Source: Desulfobacterales bacterium (lineage in GTDB: Bacteria; Desulfobacterota; Desulfobacteria; Desulfobacterales; JAHEIW01). From it: a stretch of 41,966 bases of DNA. The DNA lies in contig JASFIU010000003.1 in assembly GCA_050122495.1 (NCBI GenBank), forward strand, positions 1-41,966, read 5' to 3'. The translations under genes and the position numbers were made by a program. Positions 20,445-29,603 of the stretch are shown here, in pieces (the stretch's first letter is position 1; every line of letters begins with the position of its first letter). The notes under the pieces are model-generated. The model had not been told where the DNA came from. It did not search any database and saw only the letters and a program-made list of their open reading frames with translations.

Positions 20445-20608
20445 TGTTTTAATAAGCATCAGACTTTTTGGGCTTGCTGCCCCCCTCCCTAAAACCTGCC
20501 AACAGTCCGTAAAATTAAGATTTAAAATTAAGCGTGATACACATTGTTACAATTTGTTACGTTCCTGAAAGGTAATTCTGGATTGAATATATTAACATTT
20601 GTCCAGAT

Positions 20609-20920
20609 ATGAAAAACTTAATAAGGAGGGCAGCGATGGCTCTCAATGCCAGGACTGATATTTTAGCATCAAAAGTGATTGGGTATATACGTCTTAGGCT
20701 CTTTGCCGAACAGACCCCTTCAATTTGTGTTCAATTTAGCGAATTCGAAAATATCGATAAAATGATTGAACACATGCGCGGTCGATTAAAACCCGCATTT
20801 CAACAAGAATATCGAGATGTTTATTATCATCGTTTCAATCGAACTCAAGTCGCAAATTCAAATGTCGATCTAATCTCTCCCGATTCAAAATTAGAGCTTA
20901 GTAAAGGAAAAAACTTGTGA
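20609..20920 (+). CDS. Hypothetical protein
   Basis: AGGAGG RBS before the internal ATG 20636; stop overlaps the next start (GTGA). Confidence 0.55.
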   Translation: MKNLIRRAAMALNARTDILASKVIGYIRLRLFAEQTPSICVQFSEFENIDKMIEHMRGRLKPAFQQEYRDVYYHRFNRTQVANSNVDLISPDSKLELSKGKNL

Positions 20921-21438
20921 ATGAGCCTAAAACAACGCGGGAGAAATGGTTTGAGCAGCGTGATGACCTCACGGGTGAACATCCCTTCGGTGATGCCGGA
21001 CAGATCATTTTTGCTCTGCTTTTTTTGGGAATATGGATTGCCGATTCATTTTTTTTGAAATACACCACACAGCTTAATGATATCGTTCCCGCCCTGGTCA
21101 GAAAACCTCTCGGGATTTTGATTCTATGCCTGTCAGCCTATTGTGCCTGGTCGGGCTTGAGAATCGTCTTTGGTGAAGTGCGGGAAACACCGTCCGTTAT
21201 CCGCAAGGGCGTTTTCGGCGTGGTGCGGCATCCGATTTATCTGAGCGAGGTACTGCTGTATTCAGGCCTTTTCATGCTCAACATGTCGCTGGCGGCAGGC
21301 GCAATATTGCTCGGTATTACGGCGTTTCTGTATCGCCTATCACGCTACGAAGAGGGATTATTGCTGAAACGCTTTGGCGATGACTACAGGTCATACGCTC
21401 GCGACGTTGGCATGTGGGTACCCCGGTTACGAAGGTAA
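20917..21438 (+). CDS. Isoprenylcysteine carboxyl methyltransferase / PEMT-family membrane protein
   Basis: GVFGVVRHPIYL, EEGLLLKRFGDDYRSY...VGMWVP. Confidence 0.88.
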   Translation: MNEPKTTREKWFEQRDDLTGEHPFGDAGQIIFALLFLGIWIADSFFLKYTTQLNDIVPALVRKPLGILILCLSAYCAWSGLRIVFGEVRETPSVIRKGVFGVVRHPIYLSEVLLYSGLFMLNMSLAAGAILLGITAFLYRLSRYEEGLLLKRFGDDYRSYARDVGMWVPRLRR

Positions 21439-21547
21439 GGGAGTCGGAGTTAGGCGTAGGGTTTTTGTAGGGTAATCGATCTTGCAAACGGTGGAGTCAT
21501 ACAGATAACGCACAGCTTAGAAAAGCTTTTGGTGACATTTATTAATC

Positions 21548-21865
21548 TCAGGTTGCCCTTTCATTTGCATTTGCACTATCCAGAATTAATGCAAACAATT
21601 CAACATATTCACTCTCACTATTTTTCGGTCTGACGTTATATCGCATATAGGAAATCAAATCCTTTAGAATTGAAGCGTATCTCTGGCCACATTTTTTTTT
21701 CTCGTCATCAGCGACCCCGCGTCGATATAAAAGACGTTCAGCCGCGGTCGCTTCCCGATCGGCTAAATAGATTATATCATGGTAATCCTCGTTTTTAATG
21801 GCCGCAACAAAATCAGAAAAGTTGCAATTGGAAGAGATCATCAAATCCTCCTCAAAAATGATCAT
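21548..21865 (-). CDS. Hypothetical protein (start possibly ATG 21841 after GAGGAGG)
   Basis: Helical ORF of about 100 aa with a strong RBS. Confidence 0.65.
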   Translation of the reverse strand: MIIFEEDLMISSNCNFSDFVAAIKNEDYHDIIYLADREATAAERLLYRRGVADDEKKKCGQRYASILKDLISYMRYNVRPKNSESEYVELFALILDSANANERAT

Positions 21866-22019
21866 TTCAGTTAATAAAATACATTAACACCCACACCCCA
21901 TGCTTGCAGAAATACGAAAAGGCAGGACGATGGAATTAAATATTGTTTTACGTGAAATAAGTCCAGAACAATTTTCTGCTCTCACCTACTTCGAATTGAC
22001 CAACAAATTAATCGATAAT

Positions 22020-22036
22020 TGTTAGATTTTTGTTAG
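22020..22036 (-). promoter_or_regulatory. Pho-box-like direct repeat
   Basis: TGTTAG-N5-TGTTAG (CTAACA twice on the minus strand) upstream of a minus-strand gene. Confidence 0.45.
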
Positions 22037-22243
22037 GAAAATCATAAAAAACTAACAAATGTTTGAGCTAATTTAAGGTCTAAAATCATGCAGTCAATAT
22101 CTGTCTGAATAAACTGACCATATTTTGTGACAGGATAAGTAGGTATGATTGTTGGTGGAATCTCAAGAAGATGATTCAACAGGTCCTGGCCGTCAATAGA
22201 CTTGGTCGGACCGCGTCGAGTCGGTGGAACTTTTGTGCGTAAC

Positions 22244-22552
22244 CTACTGGGGATATGATGAATTTAATAATTGATCGGCGCCTGAGAACTCCTTTGTTAG
22301 CTTACGAAAGGTTCTGCATTTTGGATAATCTGAACACCGGAAACGGATGAACGAATCGTCGCGCATATAAATATGCATCGGTTTCCCACAACCGGGACAA
22401 TCGGGCCTTTTTTTAACCTCAAATCGGCTTTTGCCGAAAACAAACTGACGATTGCATATTTGACATAGGTATCTTTGCTTGCCGTTTTTCGTCTTTCCAA
22501 ACTTGTATAGTGCGTCCGAATCGCATCTCGGACAATTAATGTCGGTACCCAT
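22244..22552 (-). CDS. Double Zn-ribbon protein: IS1 InsA-like N-terminal ribbon plus topoisomerase-type C4 finger
   Basis: CPRC..YKFGKTKNGKQRYLCQICNRQF followed by CPGCGKPM..FRCSDYPKC; no DDE domain nearby. Confidence 0.8.
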   Translation of the reverse strand: MGTDINCPRCDSDALYKFGKTKNGKQRYLCQICNRQFVFGKSRFEVKKRPDCPGCGKPMHIYMRDDSFIRFRCSDYPKCRTFRKLTKEFSGADQLLNSSYPQ

Positions 22553-22706
22553 GATTTGGAATCTCAGCTATCCTGACCGGTTAATACAATGTAATTTTAT
22601 GTTTATCAGAGATGACGCCGACAAATTAAATTGCTAAGATCGTTTAGTTACTTACCCCTTTGCCAACGATGCGAATCGATTGGTGCTCCGAATGGTATGC
22701 TCCAAT

Positions 22707-22723
22707 TGTTAGAATTATGTTAA
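22707..22723 (-). promoter_or_regulatory. Pho-box-like direct repeat
   Basis: TGTTAG-N5-TGTTAA upstream of the Zn-ribbon gene. Confidence 0.45.
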
Positions 22724-22737
22724 TATCAAATTAAAAA

Positions 22738-22884
22738 TTGATTGGGTTTTCCAAATCCCGCCATGGCGGGACTTCGCACCCAGTTTCACCGCGTTGTTTT
22801 CAACGATTGGGGCACTTCTCGCCCTGCCTTTACCGCTATGGCGGTAAAATCCAAGCCACCCGCTATGCGGGTGGTCGTTGACTC
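22738..22884 (-). mobile_element. Non-autonomous IS200/IS605-end-like element, copy 2
   Basis: TTGATTGGGTTTTCCAAA...TATGGCGGTAAAATCCAAGCCACCCGCTATGCGGGTGGTCGTTGACTC; homologous to 13650-13782. Confidence 0.6.
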
Positions 22885-23163
22885 GCAGCGGGATATCTTT
22901 GGTGCCGATAACAGACTTACATTTGAAATTTGCTTTCAGAAAAACGAAATCCGATTTTACCCTCTCGCAGGATTTTGTTTAGCCCTTAGCTAACTATATA
23001 GATTACTTTTTTCAGGACCGTTTTTCCCCAATGGATATGGTCCTGGGATTGAAACACATTTGTGATTTCATAGCGATCCAGTCGACTTTAAATCCAATTC
23101 TAATTTATCGTTAATTTTTTCCGAATATCCTCATCCTAATATCGATCACAACTTTTGAGTTTG

Positions 23164-23256
23164 ATAACTGAACCGGGTACTTTCTCGGCCGGAATCGGTA
23201 CCGAAAAGCCCGAATCAGAAGCAGTAAATGCTTTTGATTCGGGCTTTTCCATTTTT
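23164..23256 (+). promoter_or_regulatory. Structured 5' leader / attenuator upstream of phoA
   Basis: GGTAC/GTACC stem, then a 21-bp hairpin (23203-23249) with a T-rich tail, about 115 nt before the start codon. Confidence 0.55.
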
Positions 23257-23364
23257 GAAGAAAGGAGGTGAAACGAATCTACAAGAAAGACTTTTCATTG
23301 GATTTTAGGATTTTAACAACATTTAAACTCAGCAGAACGAGAATAAAATTTTAGGGAGGAAAAT

Positions 23365-25032
23365 ATGAAAAAAGGATTTACAATTCTATTCGCAACGTTT
23401 CTGGCTCTTGTCATGATGGCTTCATTTGCTGCAGCAGCCAAGCCAGCCAAGCCAGCAGCAGCCAAGAATGTTATCGTACTGATTCCGGACGGATGTGATC
23501 AAAACATTCAAACCGCCGCCCGTTGGTACAAAAAGCATGTGCTAGGGGATGAGAAACCGCTGGCATTGGACCAAATTAAGGTCTCAGGTATGGTAACGAC
23601 CCACATGGCAAACTCAATTATCACCGGTTCCGCTGCTGCTGCTACTGCTTTTGCCACTGGTTATAAGACCACTGTTCGTTTTCTGGGCGTTGGACCAGAT
23701 CCAGAAAAAGAGGCTTTTTTAACTGGATTTGACTCTCCTATTGATCCTTATGCCCCAGTGCAGTCCGTGCTGGAAGCCGCAAAATTAGCAGGAAAAGCCA
23801 CTGGTCTTGTTGCCACCAGCCGCATTACCCATGCTACTCCGGCTGCCTATGCCTGCCACATCAAAGACCGAGGTATGGACAATGAAATCATGGAGCACCT
23901 GGTCTATCAGGACCTCGACGTTGTTTTCGGCGGTGGCGCTCGTCATTTGATTCCAAGTGGCAGCAGTTACGAAACGTCTTTTGGCGCTTTCTGGGGCGGC
24001 AGACGTTCTGACGACGAAGATCTGATCCAGGTCTTAAAGGATCGTGGGTATCAATTTGTCGATGAAAAAGGTACCATGCTTGCCCTGACTACTGGTCGGG
24101 TTTGGGGAATGTTTGACGACAGCCATATGGAAGCAGATATCGACCGTGATGAATTCGCCCCTAGACAACCGTCGCTCGCTGAAATGACCGACAAGGCCAT
24201 CGAACTTCTGTCTCAGGACAAAGATGGATTTTTCCTGATGGTCGAAGGCAGTCAAGTGGACTGGGCCGGTCACGCCATGGATCCCATTCATATGATTACT
24301 GATTTTCTAGCTTTTGATATGGCAGTAGCTGAAGCCCTTGATTTTGCGGAAGGTACGGATACCGTGGTATATGTTTTCCCGGACCACGACACCGGGGCAA
24401 TGAGTATCGGTCATGAACAATCCGATTATCCGCCGGGTTATACAAGTACTACAGTGGAAGATTTGGTCGATCCGTTGAGCGAAATGCAGATTAGCGCCAC
24501 CGGTGTGGATCGAAAAATCTTAGCTTTGGGAGGCTATCATAATATAAACAATATTCAATCTGCTGTATCAGAGTGGTGGGGTATAAGCTTGAGTAATGAT
24601 GAAGCACAAGAGATTAGCCACCTCGTAGCGAACGGTATGTACGGCAACAATGCGATCGGCGAAGTTGTCAGCAAGTATCATACTGTCTTCGGGTGGACAA
24701 CCCATGGACACGCCGGTGGAGACGTGCCGTTATGGACATATTATGATGGATATGCCCATGCTGTTGGTCTTTTTGACAACACTGATCTTGCCAACCTCGC
24801 TGCAGCTGATTTGGGTGTAGCTCCTCTGACAGCCTCAGGTGAGTGGACAGCTTATGATGATACGGTATTGGACTGGGCCGATCCGCAAAATCCTGTGGCC
24901 GTAATCGGCGGAGCACGATATCCCGTCAGCAAGGATATCATGATTGTAGGAGATAAAGAAACTAACCTGCACGGCATTACTGTTTACAACGCTGATACTA
25001 CTAATAATATGGTTTATATTCCCAATGAATAA
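23365..25032 (+). CDS. phoA: Secreted alkaline phosphatase (PhoA family)
   Basis: Signal peptide, NVIVLIPDG, ITGSAAAATA (catalytic Ser), THATPA, MVEGSQVDWAGH, DHDTG, GHAGGDV. Confidence 0.95.
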   Translation: MKKGFTILFATFLALVMMASFAAAAKPAKPAAAKNVIVLIPDGCDQNIQTAARWYKKHVLGDEKPLALDQIKVSGMVTTHMANSIITGSAAAATAFATGYKTTVRFLGVGPDPEKEAFLTGFDSPIDPYAPVQSVLEAAKLAGKATGLVATSRITHATPAAYACHIKDRGMDNEIMEHLVYQDLDVVFGGGARHLIPSGSSYETSFGAFWGGRRSDDEDLIQVLKDRGYQFVDEKGTMLALTTGRVWGMFDDSHMEADIDRDEFAPRQPSLAEMTDKAIELLSQDKDGFFLMVEGSQVDWAGHAMDPIHMITDFLAFDMAVAEALDFAEGTDTVVYVFPDHDTGAMSIGHEQSDYPPGYTSTTVEDLVDPLSEMQISATGVDRKILALGGYHNINNIQSAVSEWWGISLSNDEAQEISHLVANGMYGNNAIGEVVSKYHTVFGWTTHGHAGGDVPLWTYYDGYAHAVGLFDNTDLANLAAADLGVAPLTASGEWTAYDDTVLDWADPQNPVAVIGGARYPVSKDIMIVGDKETNLHGITVYNADTTNNMVYIPNE

Positions 25033-25057
25033 AGTAATTAATAGTTAACACACCAAA

Positions 25058-25095
25058 TAATAAGAGCAGGATCGAGACTTATCCTGCTCTTATTA
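25058..25095 (+). terminator. Terminator-like hairpin after phoA
   Basis: TAATAAGAGCAGGAT-N8-ATCCTGCTCTTATTA (15-bp stem). Confidence 0.75.
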
Positions 25096-25767
25096 ACAAT
25101 ATATTTAATGAACAATTCTATTCAATCAATACTTACTTGTATTGAAACGCACTTCCTTACTTACCTAAAATAAAACCCCTGCTGTCTGCAAAATCATACC
25201 TGCCATACTCAGCATCAATTCCTAAATATTTCCAGATGTTTTCAAAGCAATAAAAGCCACTAAAATTATGATTAAGGAAACAAGATTGATTATTTTTCTG
25301 ACACCACTGTTTGGGCTCCGGCAAGCGACAAAGTTTATATTCCCAAGCAGTAGGTTAATCTTAGATTTTAAAAATCTCCTGGTGCTTTGAGGGGTTTTTT
25401 TTGCCTTCAATAAATAAATTTTTTTGCTTAAATCCTGCTTTAAAGTACATACCAAAAGGTCTCGTTTATTACAGAACCGTTTAAAACCGCTTTGAATTAT
25501 TGATAAATTATATGGATTTCATCATTAAATGGCCTTCATAAATTTTTGATACCGTCAAACAAATTAATGCAAATTATTCGTACATCTATTTTTAACGAAT
25601 CTCTAGCTTCGACCAAATATTAAGTGCCTAAAAATAGATTCACTATAAATTTATCTAATATATATGATTATATGATCAGGGTAATGCCAGAACTTTCCTG
25701 CGGCATGATATTTTGAATTGGATTCTCATCTGCAAGAAACCGATAACAAGTATTTCAAATTTATGCC

Positions 25768-25962
25768 ATGAAAACACAACAAATTGAAAATTTGAACCGG
25801 CCCATTCGCATTGACAAATCCAAAAAATTATCCCGCCTGCTCGAATACCTGAAAAGTCTAAACGATGAGCAATTTACCGGTTATCTCAAAATCAATTTCA
25901 GCCAGGGCGGCATTGCCAGAGTTGAGCGATTTGAAGAAGTATCTAAAAAACTAACCTTTTAA
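25768..25962 (+). CDS. Small protein resembling YezD/DUF2292 (helix plus beta hairpin)
   Basis: LLEYLKSL..FTGYLKINFSQGGIARVERFEE pattern; family assignment by eye only. Confidence 0.6.
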   Translation: MKTQQIENLNRPIRIDKSKKLSRLLEYLKSLNDEQFTGYLKINFSQGGIARVERFEEVSKKLTF

Positions 25963-26558
25963 CTCGGCTTCACCAGGAATTTTAAAAGCTCGAGCCCTTC
26001 CTCGCGGGCATGCAGGATGTGCTTGATGTCAATGCCGTGTAATTCTTCGCGAGGCAATATTCGATCCTTCAAGGCCTGCCGATAGAGCAGGTATTCTTGT
26101 TTTGCAGAAATATGGGGCTGGACCTTTTCCGAATAAAAAAGGGTGTCGATCGGCTGGTTTTTGCCATTCTGATTTCCTTCGGTTAAATCCACGCGGTGAT
26201 CACCATATTCCAGAAAGCAATGAATCATCGGAACATAGGGCAAATCATATTTTCTCAATATTTTGTTTGTCCCGGTGACGATCGCTTCGGTCATGGGGTA
26301 GATTCCGATCGATTTATTGATCGGCAAATCTAATTCCGCCGCCAGGGTTGCAATGACGGCATGTTTGGTTGTGCAACTGCCCATCTTTTCTTTAAACAAA
26401 ATCATCAGGTCATCTCTGTCGGAATTATACCCGTAAGGTAAATTATGGACATAATCGCACGCGTCCAGAAAATATTTTATTCCGGAGTTCAAAAAATGAT
26501 TTGAAATCGTGCCGGCGTCAATGATGGCCTTGTTCGGAAAAACAGGATAGGCTTCCAT
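25959..26558 (-). CDS. Hypothetical protein, possible transglutaminase-like Cys-His-Asp fold
   Basis: VHNLPYG, GSCTTKHA, IHCFLE, VDLTEG; directly downstream of ino1. Confidence 0.7.
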   Translation of the reverse strand: MEAYPVFPNKAIIDAGTISNHFLNSGIKYFLDACDYVHNLPYGYNSDRDDLMILFKEKMGSCTTKHAVIATLAAELDLPINKSIGIYPMTEAIVTGTNKILRKYDLPYVPMIHCFLEYGDHRVDLTEGNQNGKNQPIDTLFYSEKVQPHISAKQEYLLYRQALKDRILPREELHGIDIKHILHAREEGLELLKFLVKPS

Positions 26559-26603
26559 TATTATTTTCTTAGGAAACAAAAATTGTGTTAAAGATTTTTA
26601 TTA

Positions 26604-27725
26604 CTATGCATAACGCGTTTTATCCGGATGTTTAGATATAAATGTTTCGGTCATCCGATAGGCTTCATCATCTGTAAATTGCCGAGGCGGGTGTTTACAG
26701 AAGTAAGCAGAGGGTGCTTCGAGAACACCCCCCTGACCGCGTTCGAGGGCCAGCTTCGCACACCTGATGGCGTCGATCGTTACGCCGGCTGAATTCGGGG
26801 AATCCTCCACTGACAGTCGCATCTCAAGATCCATGGGAACATCTCCGAAAAGTTTGCCTTCCATTCGAATAAAGCACACCTTGTTATCTTTCTGCCAGGG
26901 CACCCAGTCGCTGGGTCCAATATGAATATTCTCATTTTCCAGTCGGCGGGCCGCAACGGCCTGAACCGCCTCGGTTTTCGATTTTTTCTTTGAGTAAAGC
27001 CGGTGCCGGTTCAACATGTTTAAAAAGTCGGTATTGCCACCCGTGTTGAGCTGATAGGTTCGATCGATCTTTACCCCTCGCTTTTTAAATAGATCGGTTA
27101 AAACTCGGTGAGTTATCGTTGCGCCCAGCTGTGATTTGATATCATCCCCAATAATTGGAACGGATTTTTCTTGAAACCGGTTGGCCCATTCCCGATCGCT
27201 TGCAATAAACACCGGAATATTATTGATAAATGCGACACCCGCAGCCAAGGCACATTCCGCATAGAATTTAGCAGCCTCCTCTGATCCCACCGGCATGTAA
27301 TTCAGCAGAATTTCAGCTCCGGTCTCCCTAAGGATATTGACCACCGCATGCTTATCGGGTTCTGAATCATCGGCCGGAAGAAAGGTATATTTATCCTCAT
27401 ATTCCGCCATGTGTTCTGAGAGACCATCTAGAATTCGTCCCATCTGAACGCGAACATCCGATGGAGGTAAAACGGAATGGAAAGTAGTTGTGCAATTTGG
27501 CAGTGCAAAAATAGCCTCATTCAAGTCTTTGCCGACCTTGCGCTTATCGATGTCAAACGCAGCAACCACATCAATATCACCGGGCCGATATCCACCAATT
27601 TCCCAATGCATTAATCCGATGGCATCCGCTGGATTCTTATCTCTATAGTAGTGAATACCCTGGATTAGAGAAGAGGCACAATTCCCAAGACCCGCTATTG
27701 CAATCCTTATTTTATTCATCGCCAT
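26604..27725 (-). CDS. ino1: myo-Inositol-1(3)-phosphate synthase
   Basis: [54 protein letters not shown]. Confidence 0.96.
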   Translation of the reverse strand: MAMNKIRIAIAGLGNCASSLIQGIHYYRDKNPADAIGLMHWEIGGYRPGDIDVVAAFDIDKRKVGKDLNEAIFALPNCTTTFHSVLPPSDVRVQMGRILDGLSEHMAEYEDKYTFLPADDSEPDKHAVVNILRETGAEILLNYMPVGSEEAAKFYAECALAAGVAFINNIPVFIASDREWANRFQEKSVPIIGDDIKSQLGATITHRVLTDLFKKRGVKIDRTYQLNTGGNTDFLNMLNRHRLYSKKKSKTEAVQAVAARRLENENIHIGPSDWVPWQKDNKVCFIRMEGKLFGDVPMDLEMRLSVEDSPNSAGVTIDAIRCAKLALERGQGGVLEAPSAYFCKHPPRQFTDDEAYRMTETFISKHPDKTRYA

Positions 27726-27997
27726 TCTATTTCCATTTTAGATTATTATGAGAACCAGATTTACATAACCGAATTTAGCTGAGATTGCTCAAGGCAATTA
27801 ATACCTAACGTTGACTTACGGCAATTTGCGCGGCCACCTTAATCCCTCCTTTCTCTGCTGCGTGATGAAATTAAATAAGAGATCGTCCATCGACGGTCAG
27901 ATGATTGCGAAAAGCGGCGTTGTTTTGGGTTTTTAAGTGGGATTGGCTGATCGGGATTTAACGCATTGGAAGGAATATTTCCAGGAAAAATATTATC

Positions 27998-28014
27998 CTA
28001 ACTAAATTCTAACA
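27998..28014 (+). promoter_or_regulatory. Pho-box-like direct repeat
   Basis: CTAACT-N5-CTAACA. Confidence 0.4.
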
Positions 28015-28084
28015 ATTCTGTATTACGGTTCATTCAAAAATTCAGCTTTTATCATAAATAATAACAATTCATACCTTTTGCATT

Positions 28085-28315
28085 TTGAACGGAATTGTAC
28101 CCTTGAACGCATCACCCATACCACATTTTAGCAAAAGCACCAAATACTGGCTTATAAGCGCCATATTCGTATTTATAATTAATGTTTTTATTCTTGTATT
28201 TCGAAATTACATTAATCCTTTGGTCGGGATTTCTTTTGCTTTATCCACACCTGGGATTTTGGTTATCTTTTATTTTCTAACGAAGTTATTCTTTAAAAGA
28301 TACGATGACCCATAA
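28085..28315 (+). CDS. Possible small two-TM membrane protein
   Basis: Two hydrophobic segments, but TTG start, no clear RBS and AT-rich sequence. Confidence 0.3.
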   Translation: MNGIVPLNASPIPHFSKSTKYWLISAIFVFIINVFILVFRNYINPLVGISFALSTPGILVIFYFLTKLFFKRYDDP

Positions 28316-28371
28316 GATAAATTCATTAGATTCTTTGATGAACTGATTCTCCCCCCTTTGTTTTATTCCTG

Positions 28372-29301
28372 CTAACCGGTGGAAAACCACAATGGATTGG
28401 TCCAGGCGCGTTTCCCTGCAGTGTCCTCGATCTCCAGACGGGCATACGGCCAGTCCGGCGGCAATTTGAATTCAGCCTGTAAAACGGATTCTTTTTCCTT
28501 GGCTTTAATCCAGCTCCCGTCCATTCGCGGGCCGATGAGGCGAACATATGCTACCGGTGAGGTTTCCACCTTAACCGTCTTTGCCGTATATTCAATGGTT
28601 TTAAACTCAGGTCCCTGGCTTGCATAAAAGTTGCCCCTGCGAATGGCATCTAAGATCTCTTCCTGGGCACAGGAAGCAGCGTTTACCATTATCCAGCCGC
28701 CTTTCCAGTATTTTTGTTCCGGCTTGAAATGGCTGTCATCTGTAGCAAAACCGAGAAAATCCGGATGCCGCGTCAATACGCTATCCCAGTGAGACAACGC
28801 ATACCCGCTTCCGTTTTCGCAATGGGAAGAATGATTGTAAATCTCCATGCCATCAAAATTATGCCGCTGGCCGTCCTGCGGTGAATTTCCGGTCCAATAC
28901 GGATGGGCCCATATCAACACTGCCCCTTGGGTGCGAGCAGCCTGCAAGGATTTTGAAAAATTGCGGGTGGCGGTGGATAGTTTGAGTGATGCGCCCAGGG
29001 CAACTACATGAAAATAAACTCCTGCCTTATCAAAGCCATCCAGTTCAATACCGTCGATGAGCAATAACCGCGCAGATTTTCGATCTCCATTGAACTCTGG
29101 CAGACACCAGTGATCGGTGACCGCAATAAAATCGAATTTTTCAGCGACATACATATCAACCAGTTCTTTGATCGAAAGATGACCATCCGAGCGATTCGTA
29201 TGCAGATGCAGGCTTCCTTTGAACCATTGTCCTGAGGTTACATACCGATATCTCGATCGATGTTTTTGCCGGATATCTTCTGCGATACAGCTTGTTGTCA
29301 T
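28372..29301 (-). CDS. PHP-domain metallophosphoesterase (CehA/McbA-like)
   Basis: LHLHTNRSDG, AVTDH, GIE, WAHPYW, MEIYN, TDDSH; GAGGAGG RBS before ATG 29301. Confidence 0.9.
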   Translation of the reverse strand: MTTSCIAEDIRQKHRSRYRYVTSGQWFKGSLHLHTNRSDGHLSIKELVDMYVAEKFDFIAVTDHWCLPEFNGDRKSARLLLIDGIELDGFDKAGVYFHVVALGASLKLSTATRNFSKSLQAARTQGAVLIWAHPYWTGNSPQDGQRHNFDGMEIYNHSSHCENGSGYALSHWDSVLTRHPDFLGFATDDSHFKPEQKYWKGGWIMVNAASCAQEEILDAIRRGNFYASQGPEFKTIEYTAKTVKVETSPVAYVRLIGPRMDGSWIKAKEKESVLQAEFKLPPDWPYARLEIEDTAGKRAWTNPLWFSTG

Positions 29302-29603
29302 GGGTATACCTCCTCTGTTTGATCGCATTTATTTGCACTTATATTAAAAGACAAATATTAGATATCGTTGAGAATTGTGTTAAAAATCAGTTTTATAGCA
29401 TCAAGTTATGATTAAATATGGAAGGTTATGGGCGAGGGTGATGATGTCAGAATCGATAAAATGAAAGCCATCCAATCCCATTATTTCCGTAATATGTGCG
29501 AATAGAATTTAAGGGGATTTTAGCCCTTTTTGCTCATGGAAAATTATTCTTGATTTTTATTAGGAAATTATATTTAACCGTACTTTACAATTTTGTAATT
29601 ATT

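Noticed and set aside
22244-22552. Active IS1 element
   Set aside because: No InsB/DDE frame, frameshift motif or terminal inverted repeats recognised.
25222-25455. 77-aa ORF in the AT-rich spacer
   Set aside because: Non-ATG start, no RBS, low-complexity composition; not supportable.
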